Shown here: positions 40,501 through 52,263 of the stretch, piece after piece
Position numbering within the stretch: position 1 is the stretch's first letter
Layout: each line of letters opens with the position of its first letter
NCBI GenBank assembly: GCA_013265495.1
Contig: MU057744.1
Location: 2,803,370 to 2,867,369, forward strand
Source: Vicugna vicugna
Taxonomy: Eukaryota
DNA length: 64,000 nt
Direction of reading: 5' to 3'
The notes under the pieces: model-generated
Told to the model about the DNA's origin: nothing
Database searches by the model: none
Seen by the model: only the letters and a program-made list of their open reading frames with translations
Program-made: the position numbers and the translations under genes

Positions 40501-41399
40501 TCGGTGGTGGCCACATGAAGCCAGAGTGAAAAGGCTGGTGAGGGAAGGTGAAGGGGGCGTAAAAATGTCTCAGGTAGCCTATCAAAGCAGCATCCGTGGG
40601 TTTGGGGGTGAGCGCACAGGGAGCCGGTCGGTCTCTGCAGGGCAGGAGGAGGGACGGAAAAGGCAGGGTGGGTGGGGTGGTCACTGGCTGCACAGAATGT
40701 TGGTTTCAGCCTCAATGAATGAGTGACTAAAGTACAGAATGAAAAGCTTTGGCAAAGTCCGTGAACATAAAGGGAAGATCTCTCTCCATTTCCCTTCTTC
40801 GGCATCTCACTTACAGGAATAATTTCATTCTGTCTCCGCTTAATGAGTTTTATGACCCTGGGCAAGCGAGCACCTTGGCTGGACTCCAGTTTCTTCATTT
40901 GTGAAATGAGAGGCTCACTGAGCCCCTGGCACGCTCACTTTATGACTGTGAATCTGTACCCGCCTGGACGCCAGTGCCGAGGAGCGCGCTGTCCTCCAGG
41001 AGCACGGGCGTCTGCTCCCGCGCCTTGCCCTCCTGCCAGCTTCTCTGCTGGGATTCGTCCAGGGCTGGGGGATCCCACTGAGCTTTGGTTTGGTTTCTTA
41101 GGGTCTGTAGGCTGCCGTTAATGATATGGGAATTGCTTTGGGCTTTCCTAAGTACTTATACAAGAAGAAGTCTCTAAGAATGCAGCCATAAGGAAAAAAT
41201 AGTTTACACTGATGGTGTGAAAATCTTCACACAGGTACCTTTGGAAATGATGATGTAATTGCGCACTCAGTGGTAAAGCTGCAGAGTGTTTCCACAAAAA
41301 TTAAAAAACAAAACAAAACAAAATAAACAAAAAAAACCTGAAATCCTTGCTGTGGCCTCTGGACCATATATGGTCTGACAGGCGAACTCTGCTTCCCAG

Positions 41400-41810
41400 T
41401 CGTCCCCCCCCACTCCCGGTTCCGGCGAACTGACGTGCTCTCTGCCTCCTGACCGCGCCTCGCTCGCCTCTGCCTGGTGCCTCTCCACCGTGTTCTTCCT
41501 GCCAGACCGCTCTGCGCACCTGCGTCCTCCCCTCTCCTTCGCCCCTCAGAGCAAATGTCACCGCTTCCAGGAAGCCTGTCCAGCCCGGCCCGTCTCAGTT
41601 CACTCCAGTCACTGTTGGACTTGGTTTTACTTTCTTCCCCCAAATTATCACCGTCAGACCTTTTTGTGCAGTTTAGACTCAGTTATGCACCTGTGTGTTG
41701 TCTGTCCTGGTGAAAGGTGAGCTTCCTTCTTCACTGAGTCCCCGGCTCCCGGGAGAATATCTGGAATGTGCTCAATGCAGGATAAATATCTGTTGACCAA
41801 ACAGATGACT
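41400..41810 (+). mobile_element. LINE-2 3' fragment
   Basis: 'caaatgtcaccgcttccaggaagcct' and the tail 'ataaatatctgttgaccaaacagatga'. Confidence 0.6.
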
Positions 41811-41884
41811 GCTGAGCGGCATAGCCACCGTGCAAACAGAGGAGAACAAACGAAACTTCAAGCCGGAATTCTTAAGTCGTTTCT

Positions 41885-42260
41885 TTCTTTCTTTTTTTTT
41901 TTAATTGAAGTACAGTCAGTTACAATGTGTCAGTTTCTGGTGCGCAGCACAGTGTCCCGTCATGCATACACATGCATATATTCCTTTTCATCTTCTTTTT
42001 CGTTACGGGTTACTGCAAGATATTGAGTATAGTTCCCTGTGCTGTGCAGAAGAAACTTGTTGTTAATCTGTTTTTATACGTAGTGGTTAATGTCTGCAAA
42101 TCTTGAACTCCCACTTTTATCCCTTCCCACCCCCTTTCCCCAGTGACCATAAGATTGCTTGCTGTGTCTGCGAGTCTGTTTCTGTTTTGTAGATGAGTTC
42201 TGTACTGTCCTCTGTTATTCTTTTTTTAGATTCCACGTGTGAGCGACATCACACGGTATG
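41885..42260 (-). mobile_element. 5'-truncated LINE-1 3' end with TSD
   Basis: Poly-T followed by 'aattgaagtacagtcagttac'. TSD aag(t/c)cgtttct at 41874-41884 and 42261-42271. Confidence 0.92.
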
Positions 42261-44904
42261 AAGCCGTTTCTGACACAAGGTTACACAATCTGAGGGTAGC
42301 AACCTCTCTGCTGTCCGCCGCACAGGTTGTCGCTTTGTGCTTGGACTTGTCCCATCACCAGTGCCGCCTCCTTCAAGGATGTTCTAGAAGGGTGCATCCA
42401 TGCGTTCTCTCGTGCTTTACGCGTCTGGTTTGAAGCCCAGCCTCGTCACACGCCGCTGTGACAGCTCATGCAGGTGGCTTGCTGCCCTGTGCCCCGGTGT
42501 CCTCGTCTGAGAAGCCAGGTAACAGCAGCTCCTCCTTCGCACGTGGTGTCCTGGTGCGAGGAGGCTCCCAGCGCGTGGGAACCACTGTGTCAGCGTCAAG
42601 CACTACTTTTCCATTATGTGTAAACTTCTTCTCTGTTACTACCTGACTAACCCTAGTCCCCTCCTAGGGGCTCAAACGCTCGGTCATCCAGGGGCCCTGG
42701 GGTGTCCTTGCCGCCACCTCCCGCCACATCCACTTCACACCGACGACTCCTTCCCTCCCAGGCTTGTAGAAACACTCCAGGACTTCCTCGTTTCCTCGCT
42801 GCGGTTTTGTCATGCACGCCAAAGGGCCATCCTGTGCTTTCTAATACTCTCTTGGTGCCACTTTGTGGGTAAGTTTATTTTTCTCCCAATAAATGGAATC
42901 AGTTCTGTCTCAATTTACTTAAAATATGTATCCAAAACATTTGATTAACATGGGTTTGCTTTGTAATGACTGTTGGCCTTCATGAACAGAGAGGGAGATA
43001 CCCCGTCTGCTCTTTCAAATCAGTTGTCTTTTCATTTCAGGATACTTCAGAGAGGCTCATTTTATTGTTTTTAGTATAATTCAGAATACCTTTTTGAGAA
43101 GAACAGTTACTGAGTTTAATGAAGAAGGTCTACACACCCAGCCCCCGTGGTGTGCGTCTGCCGGCTTTCCAGAAGACTCATGACCGTAAAAGTACAATGA
43201 ATGCGGTATCTTCCAGGATAGTTCTTACAAGTTAAAATAGTTCACACCCAAAATGAAGTGTGAAGCAAAATATTACACTCAAGTTACAGTTTACGTCTGT
43301 TTTTCCAGTTATAGTCACAAGTGTTAATTCCTCACTAAGAACTTCATATGCTTCGTTTGCTAATAATAGACATATAGATGAAACGCCAAAGGTAGTCTCC
43401 TAAATGTAGTTAGAAATGGAACAGACATACTTCCTTTATTTCCAGTCAGTCATCTCTTCTATTTCCTGAAAAAAACCTGATCTGAGTCTTAATCATTAGC
43501 CGCATGTCCCCAGGGGTACACCTGCAGGGACGTGCCTTGTAGAAAAAGTAGGACCCTCACATGTGAACCTTTGATTTCCTTCTGCCTCTGGTCATAAAAT
43601 CTCTTTCTTCACTTATCTTATTTCCTGTCTTTCTGTGGAAAATCAAAGAAAAGCGCCCCATGTTCAAGCCGGACGCCCGTGTCCCCTTGTCTTGCTGGAG
43701 TAAGAGCTTCAGGCCCACCTGATTCAGATGCACCTGCCTCCCAGCTCCCTCACTCATAACTGTGCGCGGTGGGTTATTGCAACTTCCTGTGCCTTTTGTT
43801 CTCTATCATAGAGCAGGGACAGTAAGTTTTGCTGCCTTGTAGCGTGATGGCTGTAAACACAATAAATTGTAGAACGCACCCACGCGGGACCTAAAACAAT
43901 GCTGATTGTCTTCCCCTGCCTCTTTTTCTGCTCTTGAACTCGAACCCCGCCGGACCCCAGTCGTCTGTCTCGCAGTAGCCGCTTGACGAGGGGCAAGTCT
44001 GTCTCCTTCCGTCCCTCTCTCCCGGCACATTGTCCCGTTTTTGTCTCGTCCTGTCCACATCACTCGTCACCTCCGCGAGTCTGAGTGCAAAGGCCTCTCC
44101 TTCTGGCCTGCCTTCGCCCTTATGGCCACGTTTCTCACATAGTCCCTCCCGTCTTTATTTCCTCGGTTCCCGTGCACCCCCAGCTGCTGTAAGCCGGTGC
44201 AGACGCCGAGCATGCCATTAAAACTGTTTGCAAGACCAACAGTGTCCAGCTGCCAGTTTCACCATCTTCTGTATGAACAGGCTCCTTCTCCCCTTCCTGA
44301 AAGGCTGGTCCTTCAGGGCCCTGACGACACGAGGCTGTTTCCTCCTTCCCGCCAGGCGGGCTGCGCTGCATCGGGCCCCCTCGTTCGCACGGCTGCGTTC
44401 CCTCCGGTGCCCTCCGTCTGTTCTAACGCAGCAGCAGCCTGTAAGTTCCCACGCCGTGACAGTCTTCTCTCTGCCGCCGTCTCCACGTCCAGCTCTCCAG
44501 CCGAGCTTGTCAGCTGGTTAACATGCATTTCAACCTGAACATCCTGCATGACACGCAGATGAGCATCCAGGGTCTCCACCTCTCTTCCACCCTCCACCCC
44601 GGCTACCGCCTTTCTGTGTGTTGCTTTCTGGGTAAGGAGCCCTCAGTGTCCAAACTGGAAGCAGGTGAAACGTTCCAGACTTCTCTCCGTCCATCATCAA
44701 CGCCGTCCAAATGTCCACACAGTAAATTTGACCCGATAACTGTCATTCCATCGATTCTTTCTACTTTTTCCACAGCCTACGTGGAAGGCCGCCGACTGCC
44801 CAGCTGCATTATTACTGTGTTTCCCAACTGGTCTCCTCAGACTCCAGTTTCTCCCTTTTATTGATCATTGTCCAAAATGCAACACAGTTGCTAACACTCT
44901 AAGA

Positions 44905-45603
44905 CACAAAACATACGTGAATGGCTCACATGAAATGACGGACCACACCAAGTGCGGACAAGGATGCGGAGCAGCTGGAACTGCCAGGGGAACGTAAAGT
45001 GGTTCAGTCACCTTGGGTCCTGCGCTGACAGCGCCCTGGCACTGCGGACACACCGTGTGACCTCCTCCTCCGAGGCGTCTGCGCCAGAGAAACGAAAGCC
45101 TGTGACGGCACGCTTCTGCGCAGATGTCCCTGACAGCATTGCAGTAGCTCAGCCCTGGCGACAACCCGTCTGTCCATCCACAGCCGAGGCCGTGAGCAGT
45201 GAGTTTGGGGTGCACTCTTACAGCAGAATGGTACTCAGCAGTGAAAAGGAGGCACTGCGGGCGTATGTGAGATGCAGGTGAATCCCAACCTAGTAGTGTT
45301 TAGTGAAAGCAGCCAGGTTAAAAAAGGACAACTTTACGATTCCACTTATAAAACATCCTAAAAAGTACATATAAACCTACAGTGACAGGAGTGAATCCGT
45401 AGTTTCTGGGAAGAGGACGTGGCCTTGCGGGGAGGAAGGGCTGCTAACAGCGTGCAGCTGAACAGGGTCAGTGTCTTTATCTTTATCGCAGAGACCATCT
45501 CATCAGCGTCCAGCTGTGTCAAAACGGGTCCAGCTGTGCACTCTGAACATATGTACACAACACAGGCCATTGCACGTTAACATACCCCCAATAAATGTTA
45601 AAA
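44905..45603 (+). mobile_element. Old L1M (L1MC/MD/ME-like) 3' end, GC-shifted
   Basis: 'caagtgcggacaaggatgcggagcagctggaact', 'caacccgtctgtccatc' and 'gattccacttataaaacatc'. Ends at 'caataaatgttaaaa'. Confidence 0.75.
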
Positions 45604-46099
45604 TTCAGTGTCCATGTTCTTCAGCGTATCATGAAAGGTGCCGTCTTACGCGCCGGCCTTGATTCCTGCCTCCCCTGCGCCTGCATGTCCTCCAGTCACC
45701 CGCACCGCTGCCTCCCGCGCTCCCAGAACCTTTCTCGTGCTGCCATGACCTAACATCCAGGCCTTCTTTCCGGAGCAGATGTTACCCCTTAACTGGGAAA
45801 CACCGAGATATCCTTCCAGATATGACGCAGATGCCCATGACGCTGAAGCACAACCAAAACAGCGGGAGCAAGGAAACACCACCTGCCGCGTGTGCCTTAC
45901 TCAGTTTACCCACGGCGAGTGGAAGTCTTACTGCGGGCGCCCAGTGGAAGCCCGACCAGCTACTAACCAAACCTCAGATTCTTTCCTTTGAAACTGATAA
46001 AGGCAAGGAAAACAGTACTTGAGAACAGCTAACGCAATACTAGGAGTGAGTGGTTAGTGGAGCGTTTCTAAAGAATTATTTTAGGAGCAGATATGTATG

Positions 46100-46340
46100 T
46101 ATAATAGTAGCAGCTAAATTTTATTGAATGATTATCATACTGTGGACGCCACACAGGCATTAACTCATTTAAGGCAGAAGATTATATTAGTTACATATTT
46201 GTATTACCTGCATTCTGAAAATACCCTGAGACTTAGGGAGCTAAACCAGCTCCCCCAGGTCTCAAAGCTCTTGAACTGGGGAGCTGAACTTGGAGCCGCA
46301 GTAGCCCACACCCAGACATCGCCCTTACTCACAGCACCTG
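46100..46340. mobile_element. MIR SINE
   Basis: 'tttattgaatgattatcatactgtg' followed by 'ctgagacttagggagctaaaccagctcccccaggtctcaaagct'. Confidence 0.6.
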
Positions 46341-46387
46341 CCACTCGTCTACACGATGGATTATAACCAAGGCTCGGTGTAGTTTTT

Positions 46388-47033
46388 TTTTATGGCTGTT
46401 TTTTAACATTTTTTATTGATTTATAATCATTTTACAATGTTGGGTCAAATTCCAGTGTTCAGCACAATTTTTCAGTCATTCATGGACATATACACACTCA
46501 TTGTCACATTTTTTTCTCTGTGAGTTATCATAACATTTTGTGTATATTTCCCTGTGCTATACAGTGTAATCTTGTTTATCTATTCTACAATTTTGAAATC
46601 CCAGTCTATCCCTTCCCACCCTCTACCCTCCTGGTAACCACAGTCTGTATTCTCCATGAGTCTTTAGATTCCACATATGAGCGATCTCATATGGTATTTT
46701 TCTTTCTCTTTCTGGCTTACTTCACTTAGAATGACATTCTCCAGGAGCATCCATGTTGCTGCCAATGGCATTATGTTGTCGGTTTTTATGGCTGAGTAGT
46801 ATTCCATTGTATAAATACACCACATCTTCTTTATCCAGTCACCTGTTGATGGACATTTAGGCTGTTTCCATGTCTTGGCTATTGTAAATAGTGCTGCTAT
46901 GAACATTGGAGTGCAGGTGTCATCCTGAAGTAGATTTCCTTCTGGGTACAAGCCCAGGAGTGGGATTCCTGGGTCATATGGTAAGTCTATTCCTAGTCTT
47001 CTGAGGAATCTCCACACTGTTTTCCATAGTGGC
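46388..47033 (-). mobile_element. Very young 5'-truncated LINE-1 (camelid-like) with 17-bp TSD
   Basis: Intact ORF2 C-terminus 'PLWKTVWRFL...TCTPMFIAALFTIAKTWKQPKCP...YHMRSLICGI'. TSD ggctcggtgt(a/g)gttttt at 46371-46387 and 47034-47050. Confidence 0.95.
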
Positions 47034-47929
47034 GGCTCGGTGTGGTTTTTGCAGGAATTTCTACAACCACTTCCCTGAAGAACTAGGGAAACATCTAGCC
47101 AGGTGTTGTTAGGGAAAATGTCTCTGTGTTTTTTATGGATCCTGCTAATTTCCCATTTATAGTCTGCATTAGTTCCTACATTTTTCTTCCGCCTTATGGA
47201 CAAGAGACAGAATGAACTTTTTCAAATTTGGGGGCTGCTAAACTAGTTTCACAGAATTTTGTATCTCTGTCTGTCCCAGATCCAGACCCTAAACACGTTT
47301 TTCGTCAAGCCCGTGCACGTTGTTTCGGGTGCTCCAGGGCCTCTTCCACCATGTGCCTCGTGCCGCGTGCTTCCGAGGTGAGGTCTGTCCCTGTTGACCC
47401 GCAGTGTTTGCAGCGGCACCCACGTCGGTGTCAGCAAAGGTGGGGGGAGCTGTGTGGTCAGCCCAGCTACTACGGAAAAGGAGGATCTTCCCGGCGAGGC
47501 TTCCTTGCGGGCAGCCGCCTCCACGGAAGAGACGTCATTGATTCTTGGCCATTCGCTGCACGGTATTTTCAAGATATTTGCCTCAGCTCTTACCAGTTTT
47601 TCACGTCAACACCTGGGGGGTTATATCCCATTTTCCCTATGCTCTTTCCCGTGCCCCTCAGTCAGAATCGCCACCGCCTCCTCTGTGCTTCCCTGGCACT
47701 TCGCCTGTCTCCGTTGTGAAACGTTGCCTGCTGGGGTCCCCGAGACCCTGGCTCCCCCCGGGAAATGGCCACGTCCTCCTCCTTCCGTGAGAAGGGCCAG
47801 CGGTGGCCTCTCAGCTCCCCTCCTTGAGGGCCCTCCTTCATGTGGCTGCCGGCTCACCGCCCCCTTAGCCTTCGGGGGCCCGTGCTGCCCTGCTCCTCTG
47901 TCTCCTTCAGACCAACGTGAATGGCCCCC

Positions 47930-49070
47930 ACAGGGCTCATGCAGAGCACGGCTGTGCTGCTGGGGATGGCAGCCCTGTCCCTGGGCCAGTCCTGTGAGCA
48001 CTTCTAGTCTCTTTAGTTCTTTTTTCAAATCTCAGCCATTTCTGTGGCTTTAAAAGCCGTCTGTAAGCTGGCAACCCCCACTTTTATATCTCCAGCACAG
48101 ACCGCTCCATGAACCCCATCCTCTCACATCTGTCTGCCTGTGTGCCATTTCCCCTTGCATGTCTAACAGACATCCAAGTGCTCGCCGGTCCTACAGTGAG
48201 CCCCGACTTCGCTGCTCCCAGGTCTCCTAGCAGGGCCTCCCGAAGTTTTGTGAGGGCAGTTCCGGCCCTGCTGCTGTTCAGGGGAAAACCCTGGAGTCAC
48301 TTCTGACTTGGCTCATTTGTTGCCTGCAATATAGGTGGTCCATTAACAAATCCTCTCACCTCTCTCTTCAGTGTATGTTCACAACCCACAGACTTCCTCC
48401 CTCCTTCTCTAAACCACCACCATGCTCTACCTGGGTCATCGCAGCAGCTTCCAGACTTGCCTCCCAATGGATGCTGACTCTCTTCAGTCCAACCTCGACG
48501 TGGCAGCTGAAGAAATACTGTTGCTCAAAGCCATCTGTGGCTTCACATCCCACCCGGAGTCACAGGCAAGCTTATCGCGATGGCCTGGAGGGTCTTTCGG
48601 GCTGTGTCTCCCCACCTTCGGCCCACTGTGTCTGCGCCACGAGGGCCCCTCTGCTGGCGGCCCGCCGTCCCAAGCACAGCCTCTGTGCTGGCGGCCCCCT
48701 TGCCGCAGCACCCTTCTCCCTTCTCCGGAGTCCTGCCCCGCTCGCTCCCCGCTTCGCTTAGGCTTTGAGTCAAGTGCTGCCTTCCTGGGGAAACCCTCCT
48801 TGATCCTCCCCCAGACGGGGAAACTCGGGCCACCTCTCGCTCCCTCCCTGCTCTTCCTCACACAGTGGAGCTCGGTGCCGCCCACTCTGTATTCTGGTCC
48901 TTTAGTTCATTGTCTCTTGCCCCTTCCGTAGGATGGAAAACCCCAAAGGCGGGGATTCTGCCTGCTTTCCTCGCCAGGGCTTGTCCAGCGCACGAACAGT
49001 GCTCGATGCGTAGAAGGCGCTCAGAAAGCATTCGCAGAGGCCACACCCAGCGGATGAGTGAGCGAGAGGG
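47930..49070 (+). mobile_element. LINE-2 3' portion
   Basis: 'ttttatatctccagcacagacc', 'aaaaccctggagtcac', 'gccttcctggggaaaccctccttgat' and a GC-shifted tail at ~48990-49065. Confidence 0.75.
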
Positions 49071-51180
49071 TGAGCGGACGTTCCCGTGGCCTGGCCTCAC
49101 GCCTGCGGTAGACGCCCGGCGCGGTCAACTGCGTCGCGTGAGAGAGGAGGCCGGGCCGGCGGGACGCAGGCGGCGGGGGAGGGGAGGGTAACCCAGCGTC
49201 GCCCTCCGTCCGGCCACGTGCGGCGCAGGAAGCCGGGAGCTGCTCGTGCAGCTGGCACTGCGTTTTCCGTCCCCCTTTCCTGCTTCCTCCCCTCTGTAAA
49301 TAGCAATGATCCGCCTGCTCAGTTGGTTTCTGCCAGCGTTAGCCTGACCTGTGTCCCAGGCCTGCTTTGCTGTGTGACCGCCCCTGCCATGCTGAGAAGA
49401 CATCCTGCTAAATCAGGAGGAATGTGCCAGTCCCTTCTGAGGAGGCTGTGCTTGGTTTCTCAGGGAATAGAAGGGAAGCCTGTCTGGCTGTTAGTGGAGA
49501 TGCCACTGCTGCCGCTGTGTGTTCCTTCTTCCTCTCTGTGTGCACGTCTGCTTTCACCCAGTTCCGCCAGGAACACGTTCGGGCGTCCCTCGCTTCACAG
49601 AAGTCAGCTTGTCGGGCTCTCCTACAGCAAAGCTGAGGGTGGCTTCGTCGGCGCCGCTGCCTGCTGGTTGGTCACACTCATCTGTCGGTACCACGGTCCC
49701 TCCATTCGGAGGGGCGTATTGAATGCAGGCCTCTTGCCTTGTCTGTAACTAGGCGGTCATTGGAATCCCTGTAATGAGTGTGTCCCCACTTGGCTGCATG
49801 TTGGAGACCCTGGCAAAGCACTAAAACGACTAGTCAAGGGCGCTCGTTTACTGAGCAGAGCGCGTGCCCTCAGGGGGCCAGAGGTCCAGCGGAGTGGCCA
49901 GCGGCGCGCGGGGACGGTGGCGCGGGGCGCCCTGGGCACCGCGGGCGGAGCGGGCGCGCTGTGGGGGCTCCCGCTCAGGCGGGAGGAGGCCAGGCCGCCC
50001 TTCAGCTCCGCTGAGACAGCAGCTTCCCTCTGGGCTCCGGGACCAAACTGGCCACGTGTGGAAACCAAGAGGGAAGCTGCTAACTGAGTGTTTTCTGCTG
50101 CCCGGGGAGCAGGTGGCAGCCCATGCTCCTCTAAAGCCAGGGAGGGGCGCGCAGACCGCCGTGCCCCCCACCTGTCCGCAGCCCTCCGCCGCACGGCAGC
50201 CTGAGGGGCATGTTCCAGACACGGCCCCCCGGAGCCAGGGAAAGCTGAAGAGAGGCAGAGCTGCCCCAAACCGGGGAGGAGACGGCCTGTAAAGACAGCC
50301 GGGCTGCGGGTCCTGCTGTGACATGCAAGACGGGGTCACCTGGGCAGTCCTGAGCCAGCGCCCCTGCGGCCGCCCTGGGGACCCAGAGTCAGAGAACCTG
50401 CGGACGTGGAAGCTGCCCGCCGCCTGGCGCCCTGGGCTCCCCGGCTTTCCAGTCACGCCGACCCTGCGTCCCTGGGTGTCCCCGTCTGCTCTCACATCGT
50501 CTTCTGCAGTCCCCTGCTGCTCTGCGTCCCAGAAGGCCACTTTCCACGCTCCCTTGTCCTCTGGTTCCTGGGTATTTTGAGTCCAGAGAGGGAAGGAGGA
50601 AGAAGGAAGGAAGGAAGGAAGGGAGGGAGGAAGGGAGGAAGGAAGGGAGGGAGGAAGGGAGGGAGGGAGGATGCACGGGAGGAAGGGACCTTCGCGGAGG
50701 GTGGCGCGCCCCGCCGCACCTGGGCCCCTCGGCGGCTTCCATCACGCTGCGCGGACGCCCCGCGACGTCACGAGAGCCCCCAGGGCGCCAGCCTCGCAGC
50801 CCGGAGCCCGGCTTGCGCTCCCAGCCCTGGGCCAAGGAGAGTCCTCGCTCCGGGCCCTCCCGTCGCCCAGGGCTAGCCAGGCCGCTCCTCCCGCGTAGCC
50901 AGTTCCTCGCATTAAATTGTTTTCTTTGAAGGAGCTGGAGTCGGTTCTGCTTTGCGGCGGGCCGGCCGCCGCAGGGGCCCCGGGGCGCAGCCGGAGAGCC
51001 GGCCGTGCGGCCCCGGGAGCCTCTCCGTGGAGTGAGGCTGCCCCCCTGCCTCGCCCCGTCTTCCCGCCGAACCGCGCTTCCGTCTTCTTCCGTCCGCCTC
51101 CGGACTGGGCCTCCCGCTTCCCGGGGCCTGGGGCCCCAAGCTCCTCCTTCAGACGGTGCTCCTGTGTCTGTCTCAGCACA
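49060..51180. promoter_or_regulatory. Extended CpG-rich domain/CpG island just beyond the minus-strand poly(A) site
   Basis: CpG-dense blocks at 49080-49270, 49860-50200 and 50690-51140. No credible CDS. Confidence 0.65.
50586..50671. repeat. (GGAA/GGGA)n polypurine microsatellite
   Basis: Pure purine tract of ggaa and ggga units. Confidence 0.95.
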
Positions 51181-51836
51181 CACGCTTCAGACGAATTCCT
51201 GGTACGTTTTTAAAACGCACTGTAAAACGATGAGATACAGCCTTTGGTTTCTGCAGCTATTTTTCCTCTAATTTTTTCTTCTTCAATATCGTCTATGTGC
51301 TCTATTGAGACGGTCAGTTGGGAGCAGAGATGAACGGGAACGTTAGCCTGAGCGAGACAGCAGGCTCTACCTGCCGTAGGTCAGCCTAGCCCGTCTGCCG
51401 TAGTGGGCATTCTCTTTTTATTAGTGTTTTTTTAAAATTGAAGTACCATCAGTTATTAATATACGACTGACTGAAAAGTAAAACGTTTTAGAGATGGTGT
51501 GCCACAGTACGTTCTCTCTGTTTAATTTCCTCTAATTGTTACCCTTATCTGACTAGAGAACACCTTTTATAGCCTTTCCACCACTTACGATATTTGTACA
51601 CATCTGCATGTAATTCCTTCGTAACACCGACCAGGGAAACGGCTTCGCCCAGAGGTGTGCGCCGCATACCACGCGACAACCTGGAGAGGCACATTTGGTG
51701 GGGAGGGTAGACCAGGGGAACTTGGAGCAGGACAGAGGAAGAAACCACGGCGCTGCCCCGTTCAAAGGGCAGAGAGAGAGCAGAGGCGGCAGCAGGGTGG
51801 TGCGGCGGCTGGGCCCCAGGAGGGGGAGGAGGGGGA

Positions 51837-51916
51837 NNNNNNNNNNNNNNNNNNNNNNNNNNNNNNNNNNNNNNNNNNNNNNNNNNNNNNNNNNNNNNNN
51901 NNNNNNNNNNNNNNNN
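51837..51916. other. Assembly gap (80 N) within a (GGAGGG)-like G-rich tract
   Basis: Run of n flanked by ggagggggagga repeats on both sides. Confidence 0.99.
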
Positions 51917-51973
51917 GGGGGAGGAGGGGGAGGGGAGGGGGGAATAGGCCAAGGCGACACATGCTGCACCTGC

Positions 51974-52011
51974 CGGACGGACCGAAGGATGGACGGACGG
52001 ACGGACGGACG
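51974..52011. repeat. (GGAC)n microsatellite
   Basis: ggacggaccgaaggatggacggacggacggacggacg. Confidence 0.9.
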
Positions 52012-52257
52012 AAGACGCTCAGGGCGAGGGGACTGGAGAGCGCAGGTACTCAGTTCGGTGGAACGAACGGCCATGAACCAGATTGTAACGGGGGAAGAGA
52101 AGCCAGATTTGAAAGCGTGACTCTCAGAAATCCTCCGGGAGGTTTGGGTGTGAAAGGAAAGAGGGAGGAGGTAGGGGCCACCAATTTCATCAAAATATAA
52201 GAACACTGAGCTAAACCTTTGAAACATGAACACAATACCCTCTTCCTTATGAACAAC

Positions 52258-52263
52258 TTTATT
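52258..52263 (-). terminator. Polyadenylation signal AATAAA (probable distal 3' end of a minus-strand gene)
   Basis: AATAAA with an upstream TGTA (52301-52304) and a downstream GT/T-rich element (tattgtgttcatgtttc, ~52222-52238). Confidence 0.7.
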
